From NCBI GenBank assembly GCA_003194485.1, contig PQXD01000003.1:33067-97066 (forward strand): a stretch of DNA of 64,000 nucleotides. Reading direction: 5' to 3'. The position numbers and the translations under genes are program-made. Source of the DNA: Deltaproteobacteria bacterium (GTDB taxonomy: Bacteria; Desulfobacterota; Dissulfuribacteria; Dissulfuribacterales; UBA3076). Shown here in pieces: positions 59,864 through 64,000 of this stretch (position 1 is its first letter; each line of letters opens with the position of its first letter). Under the pieces are notes generated by a model. That model did not search any database, was not told the DNA's origin, and saw only the letters and a list, made by a program, of their open reading frames with translations.

Positions 59864-62578
59864 TCAGAAGCTTCCTCCCATCCTGAACTCCCAATTGCTT
59901 GTGTCATCCCCTTCCTCTTTATCTATATTGTAGCCCCATTCTATGCGAAGAGGTCCCATGGGAGAAAGCCACCTCACGCCAAAACCCACGGACTTGCGTA
60001 AATCGCTCAGGTCATAAGCGCTGTCTTTTTTCCAGACATTCCCCATGTCCAGGAAGCATACCCCGTTCAGACCCATGTTTTTCAATATGGGGAAAATGGT
60101 CTCAATCTGTGTAAAACCCATGTATTCACCGCCAATGCGATCTCCTGTATCCGGATCAACAGGACTTATACGACCATACTTGAAACCCCTGACAGAGTCT
60201 ATTCCGCCCAGGAAAAATTTTTCATAGATAGGAAGTTTGCCGTTGCCTCCCTCGGAAACGTATCCGATTCCACACCTCAAGTGACCGATGACGGCCTTCC
60301 AGATGGGATGATAATATCCGATATTGCCTTCCAGTTTGACAAAAGCGCTGTCACCACCCAGGAGTCCTCCTGCATATTCAAGCGAGGCCTTGCTGTTCCA
60401 GCCATGAGCAGGATTGTAGTAGTCGTCTCTTGTATCATAGGTGAAACCGGTGCTTATAGACCTGGTGGTATGGATATCAAGTGAGTCCAATATGATTGTT
60501 GAGGCATTATCAGAATAGTCCGAAATATCAGTATCATCCATTCTCAACTTAACAAACATGCTGAGATCGTCAGTCAGAGGATAGCCAAAGCGCACCGCAC
60601 CTCCCTTGCTGTCCTTTGTGTAATCATCATACTCGTACTGCCAATTGTATAGTTCAGCACCCAATAACAGCCTGGTATCCCTGAAATAGGGCTCTACAAA
60701 ATTCAGTGAATATCGATTGGTCTCCGAGCCAATTACACCCCTGAAGCTCAGAGACTGACCCTTCCCAAGAAAATTCCTCTGGCTGATCTCCCCCATGAGC
60801 ATTAAATTTTCCACTGAACTGTATCCTGCCCCTATGCTGAAGGTGCCTGTAGGCTGCTCCTTGACCTCTACCTTGAGGTCCATATATTCCTCGCTGCTCC
60901 CTTTACTGGGAATGAGATTTACATCCTCAAAATAACCCAACCTCTTCAGCCTCTGAGTACTCTTCCTGAATCCGGAAGCACTGAAGGGCTCAAGCTCTTT
61001 GACCCTGAGCTCCCTCCTGATGACCTTATCTCTGGTCCTTGTATTCCCGACTATTTCTATCCGCTCAAACTTCACACTCGGTCCCGTATTGACCAGCAAC
61101 GTTATGTTTACCAGCTTTTTCTCCCGGTCCTTTTCGATCCTCGGAGTAATATCGGCATAAGCAAAACCTTCATCTGCATACAGATCCGTAAGTTTCAATA
61201 TATCCTGGCGAAGTATCTGCTGGCTGAAAAAAGGCTCCTGAGTGATCTTGAGCTCGCTTAAGAGCATTTCTTTATCCTTGAAAAAATCCTCCTCTATGCC
61301 TACCCGACCCACTCCATAGCGACTTCCCTCTTCTATTGGAATCGTGATATAGAGCCAGGCACCTTCCCTCCGGATCGCAGGTCGGCCCACTTTGGCATCC
61401 ACGTAACCATGATTGTGGTAATAGGCTGCAATCCTTCCCAGATCTCTCTCCAGGGCATCCTCCTTCAAGACCGCCTGATCCCCCTTAAACAGGGCCACGA
61501 TATTGCTCCAGGAAGGAATCCAGAGAGGTCTTTTTTCAGATGTCTCCAGCAAGCCTTTTAATTCCTTGTCTGAAAAGGTATGGTTACCCTGGAATTCGAT
61601 GGCCTTGACGCGGGCCTGCTCTCCTTCCGTAATCTCGAAGACCACATCGGCTGCCTGCTCTGATACCGGCTCTACTGAGGCCAGAATATTGGTTCCGATA
61701 TAACCCTTTTCCATATACAGGGCCTTGATCTTCTCGGCATTTTCCTGGAGGGTCTTTTCCTGAACAACAGTATATGGCTTAAGATCTATTACCTCACGAA
61801 TCTTTTCCTCTGAAATTTCTTTATTGCCGGAAAATTTTATTTGCCTTATGGCAGGCTTTTCTTTCAGTATGAAGGTCACTATGCGACCTGAAGGGCTTTC
61901 GCTGACATCCACCTGCACGTCATTGAAATAACCCATCTTATATATGCTCTTAATATCGGAGGCGATAATCTTGGGGTCGAAGAGATCGCCTGCCCTGGTC
62001 ATTGTCACCTGCAGGATCGCATCGGTATCCACCCTCCTGTTACCACTGACATATACCTCAGCCACCAGGTAAGGTGCGGCCAGAACCCTTATCATCTCGG
62101 CCTCCATCTGGTCCAGAAGCGTACCGATCTCGTGCCTGTCACCTTTAGCAAAGAGGATCTCAGGTTTACTGTCAGCATCCTTCAGGTCAAGGAGCCTCAA
62201 ATTCAGGCCCAGCCACTCTCCAAGGCAGCTAATACTCCCATAGAATACAAACTGGACCTGTTGGGCCTTTCCGTCCTTAATGACATCATCCAAAGACTCG
62301 GGCGGCCTGTCTTTTGACAGAAGCACCGTATATCCATGAGACTCAAGACGTCTGGAAAGTCCGTCCCGTATCTTATCTGCCAGGAAGTACGTATCTTTTG
62401 GCCCGTAATAAGCCAGGGAGGCCCCGAGAATGGTTGCAGATGGACGGGAAATGCTCCCCATGGTACCAGAGATCAAAATAAATTGAAAACACAGAGATAA
62501 GACAAGACATATGACAGACAAATAAAATGATCTGCACGTAAAGACTGCCGGTCTTCGCATGACATTAGGGGTTTTCAT
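59864..62578 (-). CDS. bamA: outer membrane protein assembly factor BamA with an N-terminal extension of about 150 aa
   Basis: POTRA repeats begin near aa 170. The C-terminal 16-strand barrel ends ...NWEFRMGGSF. Total length is 904 aa. Confidence 0.88.
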   Translation of the reverse strand: MKTPNVMRRPAVFTCRSFYLSVICLVLSLCFQFILISGTMGSISRPSATILGASLAYYGPKDTYFLADKIRDGLSRRLESHGYTVLLSKDRPPESLDDVIKDGKAQQVQFVFYGSISCLGEWLGLNLRLLDLKDADSKPEILFAKGDRHEIGTLLDQMEAEMIRVLAAPYLVAEVYVSGNRRVDTDAILQVTMTRAGDLFDPKIIASDIKSIYKMGYFNDVQVDVSESPSGRIVTFILKEKPAIRQIKFSGNKEISEEKIREVIDLKPYTVVQEKTLQENAEKIKALYMEKGYIGTNILASVEPVSEQAADVVFEITEGEQARVKAIEFQGNHTFSDKELKGLLETSEKRPLWIPSWSNIVALFKGDQAVLKEDALERDLGRIAAYYHNHGYVDAKVGRPAIRREGAWLYITIPIEEGSRYGVGRVGIEEDFFKDKEMLLSELKITQEPFFSQQILRQDILKLTDLYADEGFAYADITPRIEKDREKKLVNITLLVNTGPSVKFERIEIVGNTRTRDKVIRRELRVKELEPFSASGFRKSTQRLKRLGYFEDVNLIPSKGSSEEYMDLKVEVKEQPTGTFSIGAGYSSVENLMLMGEISQRNFLGKGQSLSFRGVIGSETNRYSLNFVEPYFRDTRLLLGAELYNWQYEYDDYTKDSKGGAVRFGYPLTDDLSMFVKLRMDDTDISDYSDNASTIILDSLDIHTTRSISTGFTYDTRDDYYNPAHGWNSKASLEYAGGLLGGDSAFVKLEGNIGYYHPIWKAVIGHLRCGIGYVSEGGNGKLPIYEKFFLGGIDSVRGFKYGRISPVDPDTGDRIGGEYMGFTQIETIFPILKNMGLNGVCFLDMGNVWKKDSAYDLSDLRKSVGFGVRWLSPMGPLRIEWGYNIDKEEGDDTSNWEFRMGGSF

Positions 62579-62612
62579 TTACTCTTTTCCGCTTCATTGT
62601 GTCATCTAAAAC

Positions 62613-63407
62613 TCAGGATATACGTCCCACGCCAAAATCCTGAAGCTCAGAGGCATTGAGCTCAACAGCCCGGCCCTCTGCCAAACCGATACATCGGTCC
62701 ATACGGCTTGCCAATGCCAGATTATGGGTGACAATCACCACGGTTGTACCGTAGCGTCTGTTTAAAGCAAAGATCAATTCCGCGGTCTTCTCTCCGGTCC
62801 TTTCATCGAGATTTCCTGTAGGTTCGTCAGCAAGCAGCAACTTTGGTTTTTTTACCATGGCCCTTGCCAGTGCCACCCGCTGCCGCTCACCACCTGAGAG
62901 CTGACCAACGCGGTAATCAAATCTCTTCTCAAGCCCGATTTCAGCCAGTATATCTTTTGCCATTTCCATGGACTTGGGCCTGGATGCCCCGGACACAAGA
63001 CATGGCATCATAACATTCTCAAGGGCGGAAAACTCCGGCAAGAGGTGATGAAACTGAAAGACAAATCCAAGTTCTTCATTGCGGAACCTGGAAAGTCTGG
63101 TATCACTCCAGGAAAACACATTCTCTCCAAAGTGCAGAACCTTGCCGCCGGTGGGACAATCCAGAGTGCCCATTATGTGAAGAAAGGTGGTCTTACCGAC
63201 CCCTGAAGCCCCAACCACCCCGACAATTTCACCGGAGTAAATAGAACACCTGAGATCCTTCAGCACCTCCACCCTGAGCCCATTGTTCACGAATGTCTTT
63301 CTAAGGCCATCAATTTTCAAAACCGGAGTTTCATCACCCAGCCTGAGAGAAGATGAAGGTTCTCTGCCATCAGCAGACCTTAATGGTGTTTTTTGAGCTT
63401 CAGCCAT
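62613..63407 (-). CDS. lolD: lipoprotein-releasing ABC transporter ATP-binding protein LolD-like
   Basis: Walker A GASGVGKTT, signature LSGGERQR, Walker B LLLADEPT. The ATG at 63407 is preferred over the track start at 63452. Confidence 0.8.
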   Translation of the reverse strand: MAEAQKTPLRSADGREPSSSLRLGDETPVLKIDGLRKTFVNNGLRVEVLKDLRCSIYSGEIVGVVGASGVGKTTFLHIMGTLDCPTGGKVLHFGENVFSWSDTRLSRFRNEELGFVFQFHHLLPEFSALENVMMPCLVSGASRPKSMEMAKDILAEIGLEKRFDYRVGQLSGGERQRVALARAMVKKPKLLLADEPTGNLDERTGEKTAELIFALNRRYGTTVVIVTHNLALASRMDRCIGLAEGRAVELNASELQDFGVGRIS

Positions 63408-63490
63408 GTTAATAAAATAAAACAGGTCTAAAATGGGCTCCAGTGATAACAAATAAGACTATCTCAATCAAGTAAAACATATAATTATAA

Positions 63491-63748
63491 CTATTGAGTT
63501 AGCTCCGTTTCGATATATAGTCTTTGATTATTGGATAATCATCCCTTGTCCCTCCAATGCTCTCATCCCTTGTTTTCTGAGGCTTTTGCAGCATGGGACC
63601 CTCCCTGCTCTCCTCCGCTGCGCTCCGGAGCCAGGGTTTCCCATACTGCAAAAGCCAGGAAAACTGCGGGACTTCCGCAAGTCACTCCAAGGGATAATCA
63701 TCCAATAATCCGTTACAATTAGCATATGATGCGGAGCTAACTCAATAG
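63491..63748. repeat. stand-alone copy of the MITE core hairpin (copy F) with its own unrelated outer stems
   Basis: The core CCCTTGTTTTCTGAGGCTTTTGCAG...CCGCTGCGCTCCGGAGCC...CTGCAAAAGCCAGGAAAACTGCGGG is shared with copies A, B, C and E. The outer stem is CTATTGAGTTAGCTCCG / CGGAGCTAACTCAATAG. No TIR or module 1 is present. Confidence 0.75.
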
Positions 63749-63833
63749 TCATAACATATAAATGGATTTTAGTTTGACACCCGGGCTTGCTGCTGTTAAC
63801 CAGAAATCATTACTCAAGGAGGATGCTTTAATT

Positions 63834-64000
63834 ATGTCCAGGCTGCCTGTGCTCTTCGGTCTCCATAACCATCAACCCCTCGGCAACTTCCACCATGTTA
63901 TAGAGAGATTGACCTGTACATGTTATCGTCCTTTTCTACAGGCCGTCTCCAGGGCTCGTTGGCTTTCACTTTCCATCCATGTCAGCGGAACCCTTCTTTC
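63834..64000 (+). CDS. glycoside hydrolase family 57 protein (alpha-glucan-active), 3' end outside window
   Basis: AAGGAGGA RBS, then MSRLPVLFGLHNHQPLGNFHHVIE...YRPFL...IHVSGTLL. The HxHQP..N motif is the GH57 N-terminal signature. Confidence 0.7.
   Translation, partial: MSRLPVLFGLHNHQPLGNFHHVIERLTCTCYRPFLQAVSRARWLSLSIHVSGTLL

Overview
The window looks like a chromosomal segment from a Desulfobacterota-like (deltaproteobacterial) Gram-negative anaerobe; this is inferred from gene content only. About 85% is housekeeping sequence. Positions 1-5300 form a small accessory patch. It holds a DUF4143 AAA+ ATPase, a restriction/BREX-type methyltransferase remnant, decayed vapBC and DUF3368-PIN modules, an intact mazEF pair, and two solitary CRISPR-type repeats. 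A yitJ-type MTHFR fusion follows, then an IS200/IS605 copy, then the + strand cluster tilS-ftsH-folP-cdaA-cdaR-glmM. A complete minus-strand dcw cluster runs from mraZ to ftsZ. It lacks ftsW and ddl, carries a murE-murF fusion, and its FtsI homolog appears catalytically degenerate. Downstream lie mltG, tsaC, a purD-purE fusion, a DUF364/FeoA pair, a birA-pdxA fusion, tRNA-Glu, ampG, a four-subunit por operon, a TPR protein, selA, rlmH, pyrE-purB and the outer-membrane cluster lolD-bamA-lpxD-fabZ-lpxA-lpxI-oxidoreductase-lpxB. The unusual content is mostly non-genic. (1) A mobile, modular MITE of about 400 bp has 22-bp terminal inverted repeats (TIRs) and exact 8-bp target duplications. Seven copies or fragments are present, and its internal hairpin shows compensatory changes between copies. 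(2) Short tandem repeats (7-10 nt units) and palindromes normally seen in the intergenic hairpins of this genome also sit in frame inside essential genes. They form the exact linkers of three gene fusions. No rRNA, cas genes or tRNA-Sec were seen. All calls come from reading the sequence and recalled family signatures; no database search was run.
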